Origin: Isurus oxyrinchus
Taxonomy: Eukaryota
Assembly: GCA_026770705.1 (NCBI GenBank)
Contig: JANJGN010000034.1
Location: 5,456,001 to 5,520,000, forward strand
Length of the DNA: 64,000 nt
Direction of reading: 5' to 3'
A program made the position numbers and the translations under genes. Each line of letters begins with the position of its first letter. The first letter of the stretch is position 1. Below the pieces are notes generated by a model. The model did not search any database, was not told the origin of the DNA, and saw only the letters and a program-made list of their open reading frames with translations. Below are positions 1 to 12,390 of the stretch, in pieces.

Positions 1-1190
1 TAATGCAAGCCCAGCAGATCAGGCCTTTCAACAAGGGGGCAGCCTATCACTCTTTTCCCTAGAAACAACTGGATTACTCATTGAACATTCAGTGGTCGAT
101 AACATAATGATTTTTTTTTTTTGGTACATATAGCGAAGGTTCGGTTGGTTCCAAAGAGTAGTCTGCTAAGTATAAGAAACATATGATGATAACTCATACA
201 CCTCACAGGTATTTCGAAGTACATTCTGTGAGAATTTATATTGTGGAGCATGCTACCTCATAGATTAATGGCTGGAGGGAGGCCGGGGGACGGGGATTTA
301 TCAAATGATAATTAAGTGTGGTAGTCAGCAAAATAGGTTACAGTTTTACTCCAAAATGGGATGATGCTTCTGTACAACATATATGCCAGTTCCCAAACTT
401 TCAGAACATGTTTTTTTTTCTCACAGTTTTGCTTGTTCTGCATGATTGGATGTGATCATATGGCACAACAAATCGTTCTATCAATTCTAATTATACACGC
501 ATGCACACTCCGGTCTGTCATCAGGCCATTTTTCATATAATTAACTCATCTTGAAAAATCGTACACTTGAAAATTAAGGCACCCAGTAAATGTCCCTTTT
601 TCATATAAGACCGAATAAGTCCACACTCGTTGTCATGTAAACATTTTGTCCTACCACCCGCAAACATAATTCATCTGTACAGGAATTGTTGGCCAGCATT
701 AAAAATAAAGTTATTGCTGCTAATACATCGATTATTTGTTTCTTTTTCCTTGTGCTCGCTGAACTGCACTGGCTACAACTATAGAAAATCAGGACTTGAT
801 GTTCCTTCCTTGACTAATCACCTCCCCATGACATCCCGCATCCTTTCCATTGCTCTAAACAGATATGATTATTCAAGACTACCTTCTTCACACCCTCGAA
901 AATTAACCAAAAGCCAAAAACCCGTGAATGTCAATTGTTAATTCTGGTACCTCACATCTGGATTTGACACTCTAAAATTGTTCGATTCTACCTCACTCGC
1001 GTTTCTTTTTAAACGCTGTTAGAACCTCCTCTCTTTCTGTCTTGGGGTCATGCTCCCTGTTCCATTACCTTCGACAGTCTCCCCACTGAGGACATCCTTG
1101 GGAATTTGAAATGAAAGGTTACACTTATGGATGTTAATGCTATTACTGTTTAAATGAAGTTAATCATATTGCTGTTCACCTCTTTTTCAG

Positions 1191-1217
1191 AAACGCAGAG
1201 ACTTCTTCAAAAGACAA
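1191..1217 (+). CDS. Gene A micro-exon (27 nt, phase 1-1), xTQRLLQKT; upstream exons lie outside the window or were not found
   Basis: ctctttttcag|AAACGCAGAGACTTCTTCAAAAGACAA|gtaagc; paralogous to 51143-51169 (GLQDLLEKT, same AAAAGACAA|gtaag end). Confidence 0.85.
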
Positions 1218-2519
1218 GTAAGCATCTTGAACTATGCACCAATAATTTTGATTGCCTGCAAAATTGTGTAATTCTGATCACTGAGACACCTCGATGTATT
1301 AGCTAAATTTTATTAGTGCTATAACCAATCAAATGTTCTAAGTAGCATTCCAGCGCTAGCACACAACGGACAACGATCGCCAGTCATGTAACCAGCCAAA
1401 TAATGAGTTGCTTGTGTTGATCCCGGATGTGACCGTAGAACGCATGGTTCAGATGAGCTCCTATCCCTATTATAGATGAGCCTTATGCAAAAACTAAAGT
1501 CATTGTTCTGGAAACACGTCTTTATAGATCTGATACAAATAATAAATCCATAAGATCTTGATGAATTAGTTATATTTTGAAAGACAGCCTTTCACTGCAG
1601 TCTAGAAAACTTTGCGTTTGTCGCATGATGAAGGCAAAAGATTTTGTTTTCATTGCAACTGTAACTTTGGGGGGTGCTGCAAAATTAAATGACAGCGAAA
1701 GGTCGCAGTGGCTTCAGCCACTCGAATTCCATTCCTATTGAGGACAATGTACTGGGAATTTGGCCATATCTTCTATTTCTGTCAGTCATTCTTACTGGTG
1801 CAAGCAATGCTAATGGGTTCGCACTTCACGTCAATAGGAAGCAACAGGCAATGGCAGCTCGGCGTTACTAAAGGTTGAAACTGACAGCAGTATCTAGAAA
1901 ATTTATTTTAGCAGCTAAGGACGGAAAGACAGACACTTTTTTTTCCACAGAGAGACATATGTTTTAAGATATTTCTCATAATCTGGAATGCTGCAGCAAA
2001 CCGAAATTGAGAGATTTAGACACGAGATCCGCACGGATGCTTTTGCATGCAGAGTTAACTGTGTTAATTATCGCTCACAACCTTAATCCATACTTCCCCC
2101 CACCCCAGCTTTATTTTGTTCTATGTACTTTGAAATAGATGATTATCACTCACTTTATCGTTTGCTTTTTCTGGTTTTAATTTGTCTTTCTCAGTGCTTC
2201 ATTTACCAAATTTGAACAATTAAAAAGCCGAGCTGCTAATTGAATTGTTCGCAGAAGCCACATGTCCCCCACTCACAGATATTACAGAGCTGCTATATTC
2301 TGCAACATTTTGAAATAGACCACAGATAAGCAGAGATTTCCAATCACAAATACTCGAAAGCCATGCTAGCATCTGTCACCACTATTAAAAAAATGTTCAA
2401 AGTTCCTTTGCTATTGTGGAATAATAAATAACTACATTTATTATTTAGAAACGCTGCATCCAATAAATTGATAGCTAGATGAAAAGTTAAATTAGAACAA
2501 TAATGCTAGTAACGAGTAT

Positions 2520-3090
2520 ACGTAGGAGAAAAATGTGAGAACACTGATTAGGAACAGGAGTTGGACATTTGAAACCTCAATTCTGCTTCGCCATTCAATG
2601 AGATCATGGCTGACCATTTGGAGCCTCAACCCTAGGCTCCACCTGCCCCATTTCCATTTTTTCTCCCTTGTTCGTCAAAACCCTATCTGCACAGTGGATA
2701 ATGTAATGGCGTTTCATTCAGCGACCTCACTGTGAAGAGTGTTCCAAAGATTCATGACTCGGAGAGGAGGAAAATGATTTCTGATCTTCATGCTAAATAT
2801 GACATCCCTAGTTCACCTCTCTACCACAACGGGAAACAAGTTCTGCCTCCATGCTGTTAAGTCCCCTCAGGATCTTACATGTTTCACTGATATCATCTTG
2901 CGTTCTTCTAAACTCCAACTAATTCAGACACAGCCTATTCAAACTTCTCCAGTCAGCTAATCAACCTCCCAGCTTCATCCCAACTCTCAGCAGAGTTAAC
3001 TTTATCTGCACTGCGTCTAACAAATGTATAGCACTTACTGAATGAAATTAGCAAAACTTTACACCGCATTCCACAAGTAGTCTTACCAAC
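2520..3090 (-). mobile_element. Degraded CR1 LINE 3' fragment
   Basis: Resembles the better-preserved minus-strand CR1 3' ends at 14962 and 39640 (aggagt..cgccattcaat..atcatggctga; agagtgttccaaagattca). Confidence 0.6.
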
Positions 3091-3258
3091 GCCTTGTGTA
3101 ATTGATACAAAAAGGAGAAAAGAACACAAGGTGTTTGTGATAGAATTTGATGGAAATTGATTGGAGCACAATAGCAGATATATTCAGCTGTGGAAAATAA
3201 CCTGAATATGCTGAGTAGCTAACATGGTATTCTACATATGTAAAACATTTTTTTTTAG

Positions 3259-3285
3259 TGGAAACACTATTTGAAAAAGAGAAAG
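3259..3285 (+). CDS. Gene A micro-exon (27 nt), METLFEKEK
   Basis: ttttttttag|TGGAAACACTATTTGAAAAAGAGAAAG|gtatgg; split codon A|TG=Met as in gene B; paralogous to 53727-53753 (MKNLFEKEK). Confidence 0.85.
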
Positions 3286-3510
3286 GTATGGAACCATAGC
3301 AACAAGAGATAATGTTAATGCATTTCCTATTTTTATCATATATAATGTAAATAAAAATGAAACATAGAGACATCAGCAGAGCTGTTATACCATTATGTAA
3401 ATGCAAATTCGAAAATGAAGCAGCAATTGGAATCAATAGCAGTGTGTTATGCTTCAAAGTGTAACGGAAAAAAGATGCCAATGTTAACCGGATCTGCCAC
3501 TTAATTGAAG

Positions 3511-3540
3511 AAGTACATGGTTACGTCGAAGGAATGAGGG
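3511..3540 (+). other. Candidate or decayed 30-nt gene A exon (EVHGYVEGMR) lacking a GT donor
   Basis: aattgaag|AAGTACATGGTTACGTCGAAGGAATGAGGG|caaatg; same position, length and V2/Y5 pattern as gene B exon 54201-54230. Confidence 0.4.
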
Positions 3541-4367
3541 CAAATGCTAAATAAAGGAAGCTGGAGTACAGCTGCAACTTTAGCCTGTATCATTTGGATA
3601 TAGCGAACTTTTCATGTTGCATGTGATTTTTCCCCTCTTTCATTAAGCACACGATGGAATGGACAACATGATTTCAATTCGTCGGCATGCAGAGCTTATC
3701 CAATTTGTACAGAGAAATATGATTATACACAGTTTTAATACAGTTGGTGCATTCGTGTCCTGAATTTTCAGTTAATTTTCCATAATATTTTAAAATGTGT
3801 GTCATTGTATCAGTAATGTGCCAGTGTGAATTGAATTATCATAAATGTAAGAAAATATATTGGGGCGAGATTCAACTTAGGTAATGTTAACACAATTCAG
3901 CATCAAACGGAGCATAAAAGTGTGCCCGATTCAATTCTAACAGTTTATCACTTACCTCCAAGTTGTTTTTTGATGGCGTTGACATTTTTTTTCTGACATG
4001 AGTTTCCTGCAGTGGTCATTTAGTCTGGGAGCTGGAGCCAACAGTGAAAACTCGCCTATTAGTTAACTTCTTAGCCTCAGCAGGAACTTGGTGGCTTTAC
4101 ACTTCGGTGAATGGGGAGATATATATTGTTTTCTTTCCCCTGTGGCAAGAATTACCCGCCACTGAGTGTGTGATAATGGTGTGTCTCCACAGCGTGCAAT
4201 AGATTGAGTGTACATCGGCAATAAATGTGAGACATTTCACTTTCTCTACTGTCATGAGAAAGCTTTGGGCGCAAAAGTAATGTCCTGTGTGTCACGTAAT
4301 GAGTAATTTGAAAATATGATGTTGTTCTCAATGTTGTTTCTGACGATTCAATGTTTAATTTTGTCAG

Positions 4368-4403
4368 ATTTGAAAAAGTGTGAACGAGAGCGGGAGGCAA
4401 ATG
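4368..4403 (+). CDS. Gene A micro-exon (36 nt), DLKKCEREREAN
   Basis: aattttgtcag|ATTTGAAAAAGTGTGAACGAGAGCGGGAGGCAAATG|gttaga; open in phase 1, in heptad register with following exons. Confidence 0.8.
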
Positions 4404-5352
4404 GTTAGAGACAATTATTTGTGCAATGTGTAAATTTGCGAATAAAAGTTATGAAACCATTATTGAATTATGACAAGGATCCGAACAGCAAATTTTTCAA
4501 CGGAGGTCACAATAGCTCGGCGCAGCACTCAACATCCCCGTTATATGGCACCATTTGCAATAGTGCATTAATATCATAAAAATGCAATCATAAAATCTTC
4601 AAGCACAGAAGGGGGACTTTTCGGCCTTTTTGCTTGTTGCAGCTCTTTTCAGCACCGTTTCAATTAGGCCTACCTCAAACTCTTCACGTTTGCTATGCGA
4701 TAATCTCGTTTCCAAGTAGATATATATTCCCATTTTTCAGTTCCCATCGAGTCTCATTCAACCATCGTGGCATGCAATGTAATCTAGATCAATACAATGA
4801 GATATGTAATATACTCCTCGTGATCTTGCGTCTGTTTACTTGCCTTAATTATTTAAACAATGTGACGTGCACATGTTTACACCCTTTCTATTAAGATGAA
4901 ACCATTCGTTGTTAGATCCAATCATTGCCTCACAATTTTGAATGCATCAGTTAATTTGTCTATTAACGTTTTGATGTCTAAACAGAAAAATCTCAGTTTC
5001 TCCTCTCTTTCAAAGGATGTGAAACCCCATAACGATTGATCCACTCAATTGTTTGTTATCAGCATGTTCCTGCATGTAATTATTTTAAAAGAATGCCTTC
5101 TGCTGCTTCGATGCTGTGTTCTGAAACAGCCATCCTAAAAGGCTTAAACAAACTCCACACCCTTAATCGTTTACCGGAATCATTAAGTCCTACTTACTTA
5201 GTCATGTTTCTCATTCATGTTAATACATGCTACCTTGAATTGATGCTTAATTATGTGTTGTCATTTTCCTGGCAAACCTTTGATATATGCACGCTGTTAA
5301 AAACGCTACAAAATGTTTTATTGACTTATCTCACTATTAATTTATTGGACAG

Positions 5353-5379
5353 AGGCAGCATTGGACAAATGTGAGAAAG
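5353..5379 (+). CDS. Gene A micro-exon (27 nt), EAALDKCEK
   Basis: tttattggacag|AGGCAGCATTGGACAAATGTGAGAAAG|gtagga; restores heptad register between the 36-nt exons at 4368 and 11487. Confidence 0.8.
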
Positions 5380-5749
5380 GTAGGATTTTATTAATTTTTC
5401 TCTACAATCTGCAATATCTGCTCCCAATTCTGAAATTTGGAGGTAATTTGAAATAATTATCGAAACCGTCGAGCTCGGAAAAAGGATATTCTCAATATTA
5501 CGAACTTTATACAATCATTGCATCTCTGTCCTCAACCCTACTTCCATTCGTCCGCTGTGTTGGAAAGGCAGTGGCACCTTTATGTTAGAAAAACTCTGCT
5601 TGTGGCCCTTGTAGCAAATGACCTTAAATGTAATTTGTATAGATTTGTACATCAATCCTTTAGTTTGACATCAAGTTGCAATGGAAAACCATCAGCTGAT
5701 TTCACAAAGGCTTTGGAAAAAAATAAAATCCATTTTTTTTTTGCTTCAG

Positions 5750-5760
5750 ATGCAGGGTAA
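5750..5760 (+). CDS. Possible alternative terminal exon of gene A (DAG*)
   Basis: Strong acceptor (T-run)gcttcag|AT GCA GGG TAA in phase 1; no nearby canonical polyA signal seen. Confidence 0.3.
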
Positions 5761-6089
5761 CACATCAAAGAACTTGTTATACATTGGTTGGTAACGACCA
5801 ATAACGTTCTCTCCAACAGGATGGTGGTACCTGAGACAATTATTTCAGAATGAAATTGAATAGCAGACGCTTTATTTGAAAAGCCTTGCTGAGATATGGG
5901 CAGAATATGTTGTTGTCTCGATCTCAATTTCTGGAATTTATTTTCCAAAGCTCTCCAACATTCTCCACCTCTTTGATTGATTGGGAGCATTCTTTAAACC
6001 CAAGTCTATTACTAAACGTTTGTACAATTGTCTGATTAACTTGTTAAAAATACTAATTTCATGGTTCACAGTAATACATTAGAAATTTT

Positions 6090-6880
6090 TATTAGTTCAG
6101 GGATGATTAAAGATAATATGCGGAAAGTGGGATAAATGCAACCAAACCAACGTGAATGTTATTACAGTTAAACTATTGGGCCCTTTTGGACTTAAGGGAA
6201 TAACAGCTAGAAAGATAGGTAAAAAAAAAACAGTAGGTGATATTAGTTCGCTGAAGAACTGGAGAGCATGTCTCGACACTTCTTGCAAAGGAATACAGCC
6301 AAGATAATTCTACTTTTCGAGAGTTCGGGACACAATTAATTTTAAAACATTTAGTCAGTAATTTGCAAAGAATTCTTGACCTCTGAATTGTTCTTGTAAC
6401 CAATCTAAGGATATGGCTGGTCCAGTTCATTTTCTGGTAAATTGTATCTGCAAGAATTGTGAGAGTCGAAGGTTCAATGACAGTAATGACATTTATTCTC
6501 AAAGGGAAAAGGTTAGATGTGTGAGGATTGTATGCGGTCATTGCCTGGAACTAGTGTGATGCGAACATTGTATGCCACTTACCAATGATTACTTGCATGT
6601 TGCCCTGGGCTTGCAGAACATGGGCACAACTTGCCTTAGTCTCTCACGAGTTGCGAATGGTGCTGAATAATATCAAATTCCAAGCGAACTACCCCACTTG
6701 TAGCATCCAAAGTATATTGCATTTATCCCCACTTCTGACATTTGGTGGAAATATAATAAATGATGAAGCAGCTGAAGCTGTTTGATCACGGGACAGTGCC
6801 CTGAGGAACTGCTACAGTGATGCCTGGAACTGAGATGATTGGCCTCCAACAATGTTATCCATCTTCCTCTCCGTTAGGTA
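6090..6880. mobile_element. Adjacent degraded non-LTR retrotransposon fragments
   Basis: CR1-like RT-region remnant near 6100-6280; minus-strand remnant of the 42520-type LINE at about 6380-6880 (gtgccctgaggaact = reverse of the PQG motif region). Confidence 0.45.
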
Positions 6881-7559
6881 TTGTAAGGGGCGTGAGAGTC
6901 CCTTGTGGAGTCTCGCTTAAGTTTGTGGTCGCACATGGAATGAAAAAGGAATGAGTCGCAATGCCAAATAATGTGTTAAAACAACATGTCTATGGTATAA
7001 TGATAATTATAATAAATACATTAAATTCTAATTGATAACACGGAACAAAAAGTAAACAGAAAGGAAGATAACATTATGGAAAGGAAAATAATTGATATGT
7101 TAAAAGAAAGGAAATAAGCCAACTCTACTCACGTACTTTAAATACCAGACTATATTGCAGATATATGCCATGCAAAAAACATTAACCCCAAATTAGTCTG
7201 TCAGGATATCTCCCCAAACTGGAAAACGCCACGAAAGGATCATGATTTGGTAAAATCCCCCTTAGAATATACTTTCCAAAGCCTCTGAATAACGATAAAA
7301 TGGGTGGACACTACAGTCAGTCACTCCAACCCAAGTACTTTCTCCTGTGGTCTCCAGTGGCAGATTCTTCCAGACCAGCTGCATCTCTGAGTCCTGGAGG
7401 CAGTGTCCCTTTCATCAAACATTCTGGCTCCATTACAGCATTTCGGAGTATGGCCCAGATCTTTTCAAAGCAAATTTCAGTCCTTATCAGTTACCCTCAT
7501 AGGCACTGCAAGGTAAGCAACCTTCACAACTTTCAAGTTGATAAGATACTTTTTTTATG

Positions 7560-7940
7560 CTCTCTTCCCATCTATCTATCATCTGTTACTTATTCCATGT
7601 TGTTCTGTCACACAGTGCAGACCTTTGTACTGCTATTGACACAATCTGTTTTCTTACCTTTATCCTCTAACAGCACCTTCTTTACCCCTTACCACTACCA
7701 CTAACACTTATTTTGACTAATGCTCATTGCATTTTTGTCAATCTCTGACCAACCTATCGCTGACCATCTATCATACTCATCCTGCCCCAACCGCCTAAAA
7801 CAGTATCATGTTAATCAAATTTCTACTTATCTTTAGCTCTGAAGAAGATTCATAACGACTCGAAACTGTAACTAAATTCCTGTGCCCACGGATGCTGCCA
7901 GAAATGTTGATTTTTTCTAGCATTTGCTGTTTTTACATTG
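7560..7940 (+). mobile_element. Penelope-like element 3'/terminal-repeat remnant with hammerhead-like motif
   Basis: CTGAAGA-agattc-ataac-gactc-GAAA at 7839-7865 followed by ggatgctgccaga..ttttttctagcattt..gttttt, the reverse-complement counterpart of the element at 52336-52515. Confidence 0.55.
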
Positions 7941-10900
7941 GAAAGAAATAGGGTTTTTTTCAGTGGTGGCGCACATACAATGTGCTGTCAAAGCAGCAAA
8001 ACATCAGCTGTGAATATGCTGAGAAAGAGGAAAATTTGATTAAAAAGTCCAATATACAGTTAACAATATTAGTGACAATCTAATTTACCAAAAGTCAAAC
8101 AGCAATAATACTAGTTTGTGTCAATGTCTACATAGAAAGATGTTGAATATTGCATAACTGTAGCAATTCTATATAGGTTCAGAAGCAAGAGCACAGCAGG
8201 ATTGAACTGCAAAAAAATAACATTGGAATAATTAGCGACTGGAAGCTTTTGGTATATGGTATGACTCTCATGATTGGAGAGCTTCGCCCCGATACATAAT
8301 TACTCCCGTTTTGCTGGGTTTGCTTCATGCCGCATTCGTTCAATGGGGCTTTGATGTCAAAGGCAGTCATTCTTGCCTCTCCTCTTGAGTTCAGCTCTAT
8401 TCTCCATGTTTGAAGTACGGCTTTAATGAGGTCAGTGGCCCTGGCACACCCAAACTAAGTGTCCCTGAGTGCTTTATTTCTGAGTAAGTGCCGATAAATA
8501 ACAATACGCATGACAAATTCGATCAATTTGATGATGATCAGGTGTAGACTGTAGGGGGGTAATTTTCCTGTTTGGTTTCGTCCTGTACTTTGCTGCCACA
8601 ATGTACGTGGGCAGCTTTGGAAAGCTGCCTACGGACATTGTGGAAACAAAACACAGCACTATTGTTGAAAATTCAGCACTATTGCTGAAAAATTGTCAGG
8701 TAACTTACTCTTTGGAATATAATGTCCCTTCATCCTTTATTGATATCATGTGCAGTGAATCGAATTGCCTGAATGGATTATTTGTGACAACTAGAAATTG
8801 AAAAAACTTGAATTCCAACTTCATGATTGGTTGTTATTTTCTTCCTCGTTCAAATTTATGTACTTCCTACAGCTCTCTTTATTTAGTTGCACTCTGTTGT
8901 TCTTACTTTTCTCTTAATGACATCTCTTCTTTCTGCATCAGCATCTGCGTTCGTTTTTCGCTGATAAACTCCGTGTTTCCTATTTGCTGACAGCAATGAA
9001 TCTCCCCGCAAAACACTTTCTTCGCCCTTTGTGATTTCAGCCCATAGCCCTATACAGCTCTGCCCCCAACAGAACTCATCCAAGTGTTGAGATGGATGGC
9101 AAAGCAGTACTTTCCACTGATTCCAACATTAATGCCATTCATGCAAAAAGGAGTAGAATTAAGGATTTTCAACTCTGATGCACTGTCAATATGTATTTCC
9201 CTCCTCACTGAAACACGTGTTACAATGATGTCACTCTTCCACTAATTTCTTATTCTGCTCCAGAAGTGTGGGTTGCTCCAATGCTTCTGGTAGGAATGTG
9301 CCCACACCTTCAATCATACCATTTTCTACATCACGTAAGGCGTGGCTTAGCAATTACGCTTCAGGTCTATTTTAATTGAAGCACTTACCTACATTTTTTA
9401 GTAAACAGTACACCGTGAAGTTTGATAATGTTGGCTGCATTGTCCCCACAAAACTACAAGAAGGACCACCCACACCGCACTCCACAGATATCAGTGTCTT
9501 TGGTAGTGCTCCACATTTGCATGCACTGTGTTCCCCGAGAAGCTATAACGCTTAGCGATATTTAAAGCTGAATGCCAGTTTATGAGCCGTTCAGTTATTA
9601 GCTGCCTTTCTGTTCCTTCTTTTCAGGGCACAAAAGTTTTTTTTTTCGAGTTTCCACAATTTGCAAATACAACAGTGTCTTCAGCGCCCTTTCCTATATT
9701 TTCCTCTCCGGGCCTGTCCTTTGATGTCATATCCAACACTGTAACAAAACTGTTGCTTCAAACCGGTGTCTAGTTCTAAGAATATGTTTCAGTTCTGTCC
9801 CCGAGGCTGGTATTCCAAGGAAATGAGGAAGAAATATCAGAGTTCAAAATTGTTAACCCTCTGTCAGGTCAGCCTTCAGTCTTCTTCAACCAAGAAAGAG
9901 CAACGACTCTGACGTGATGGATACAACATTTTATTTCCCAAAGGATGTTATTCCCAATATATGTATGAATCAAGGTTGAGATGTCATCTCCACATCTCAA
10001 TTGAAAATTGTGCTTGAGCGAAATTTCCTGTTTCGTTTAGATCAGACAGCATAAGTTTCGACAAGCTGATGCTTTGTGCGGAATGTTTGTTTGCCTGATG
10101 ACATAATGGCTGGAGATCTTCTGCCATACTAATCACAGCAGCGTTTTAACAAACACTGCACTTATTTTTTTGGAATCAAAAGGGAAAACAACAAAAAAAA
10201 ACTTAAATATGACACGTTTAAGTACATTTGCCTTTTGATCCGACTTCCCGGTGCCAGAAATCAGTTTGCCGTCAATAGAATATAGACAATTGTCTTCACA
10301 GTTTTAACTTGAGAGGAAAATGAGCTTGTTTGCGCGTAGCTGGTCCGAAAGCAAATTGGAGATTGATAAGATAATCTATTTTACCTATGCTGCTTGTTAT
10401 ATAATTAGCTACCTAACTTTTCACGACAACCTCCCTCCAACTATTGAACATGTTCATTGGAAAATTGTGGAAACCCCTGAAAATGTTGGAAAGAGAAAGA
10501 ATGACGTATCAAATCATGTTACGAGCAATAGCAACCGCAGTGCCTTTTTTCTTCAATGCTGTTCTCGGCAGCAGGCTGGCTAATATGCTCATACCTTTGG
10601 TGTGGCTTTTGAAAGAGTGACAGCTGACCTCACACTTAGATGATTTGAAGTTAATTTATTTTGCTCATTGAAACACAGAGATTTGAATTCAGTGAGAAAT
10701 AAAATTATGGCGGAGTGGGCGGATGGTATTGATCAGAAAGTAATTATATTCACGGGTACAGCTTACTCTACGCTGCACAAAGGGATAAGTTTCACTTTGG
10801 ACAATTGTACAGAAGGGCCTTTTTTATTTTGCTGCCACCAGCTTTTAAAAAAAGGAATGCAATTCAATTCTATAATAGTCAAACCGTTTCATATATCACA

Positions 10901-11486
10901 TTTCATATGGTTGCTCGAAGTTATATCTTCTCCCCAACGCAATGTGCCATAATTTGACGTGTTGAGCCGTGGCACTTGTTAACATTCTTCTATTGCATAC
11001 ACCTATTTATATCACTTATTATTAAGTTGCTAGCACATATCCATCTTCATCGGGCATCGATCGGTTTATATTCACAATGTAATGACTGCGCATAGATTCT
11101 AAAACATGCCTAACAGTGCTGCCCTCTTTAAGCATGAAACCTTAAAACGGTGCCTTGGCTGCCTCTTCATTTCGTTGTAAAATATCCCATAACTGATTTA
11201 GAATTGGAACCAAAATATTGATGTCCGGGCAGAGGGCAACGTTTATACCAAAAGGAAAAGCAGTAAAAAAAAAACTTTCTTGCCAATTGCCATAACACAG
11301 TTAGTGGGATACAACTAAGTGCACATTCGCTTCTAATTGGGCTATGTCACAACATTTACAATACTTCAACCGTCATTCATTGGCTGCAAAATGCTCTGGG
11401 ATGACGCAACTCCTAATTTAAGTAGTTTGAAGTCAGGGGTTTCTCATTCAGGCAAACATTTACCAGTGATATTAACTTTATTTCAG

Positions 11487-11522
11487 AACTGAAGGCATTG
11501 AAAACAAAGTTGAAAGATGCAG
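11487..11522 (+). CDS. Gene A micro-exon (36 nt), ELKALKTKLKDA
   Basis: ctttatttcag|AACTGAAGGCATTGAAAACAAAGTTGAAAGATGCAG|gtcagt; Leu at 2/5/9 as in EIKQLKQQLDEC (39163). Confidence 0.85.
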
Positions 11523-11966
11523 GTCAGTTAGCCAAAAACAGACAACGTTCTGGCACCGTTGACGAATTTTAATAAGATGCTGTGCAAGATAACTAAACAT
11601 ACAGAGGTGAAAAGTCATCTTCTATGACAGTTCGAAATAGGCAATATGAAGTCTTCTATTTTCAAAAAATATTTCTGCTTGATATTCTTTTGCATTAAAT
11701 TCAATGGATGATTTGTCAGGCATTGCAAAACTGATTGGCAATCAAAAATGTGCCAGCGCCCCTGTTGAATTTGACTTCTGTATTATCGATAATACGCGTA
11801 GGCCAGCTACCTGATCCCATTCCTTGTTTAGGATAGGACTTCCGTGGGTATTTTCGTGATTCAGGTAACTTGCATGAAGTAGCATTCTGGGCTCATATGT
11901 TGTTTAAAAAAACTGAACTGAAATATTCTCAGGAAATTTGTAAAAAATATTTTTGTCCTTTAACAG

Positions 11967-11993
11967 AGAAAAGGCGTGATGATGCACAAGCAG
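11967..11993 (+). CDS. Gene A micro-exon (27 nt), EKRRDDAQA
   Basis: ttttgtcctttaacag|AGAAAAGGCGTGATGATGCACAAGCAG|gtacgt. Confidence 0.85.
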
Positions 11994-12129
11994 GTACGTG
12001 GGAATGAGACGTATGACTAAAGGCGAGATTTGTTCGAAAGTCCTGTGCAGCTGCATGAATTGACGACATTTCGAGCATAAGCAATTAGCTTTTCATTCAA
12101 TGTGCGCTGTTACCCTGTCTTGTTTACAG

Positions 12130-12156
12130 AAGTCCTCGGAAAATGTAAACCGGATG
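12130..12156 (+). CDS. Gene A penultimate micro-exon (27 nt), EVLGKCKPD
   Basis: ctgtcttgtttacag|AAGTCCTCGGAAAATGTAAACCGGATG|gtgagt. Confidence 0.85.
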
Positions 12157-12367
12157 GTGAGTTAAAATTAGCAGTATGCCAATAATTCACTAAAATGCAG
12201 AATAGACTGACTGTGCATGCCTTGCAATTAATGGAAAAAAACGCAGCCATTAATCTGCAGTATAATGAGTCACACAAAAGTTAAAATGAAAGGTGAAACC
12301 ATCTCTGAGGCGAATACCATTTATATCTACACTCCATTTTTATTGTTTATATCTTTTTTTGTTGCAG

Positions 12368-12390
12368 ATTGCTGGAAATATCATGGCTAA
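12368..12390 (+). CDS. Gene A terminal coding exon, DCWKYHG*
   Basis: cttttttgttgcag|ATTGCTGGAAATATCATGGCTAA; 23 coding nt, same as gene B terminal exon; ATTAAA near 12659 and AATAAA at 13145 downstream. Confidence 0.75.

Noticed and set aside
134-169. 36-nt AG..GT window open in phase 1 (AKVRLVPKSSLL)
   Set aside because: Weak donor (TAA|gtataa) and a Pro-containing, non-coil peptide unlike the family.
7503-7512. ctcatag|GCACTGCAAG|gtaagc micro-exon-like site
   Set aside because: 10 nt, frameshifting, and in repeat-like context.
10693-10725. 33-nt internal exon VRNKIMAEWAD within gene A
   Set aside because: Poor pyrimidine tract, weak donor, and it would break the heptad register; kept only as part of the alternative-start hypothesis.
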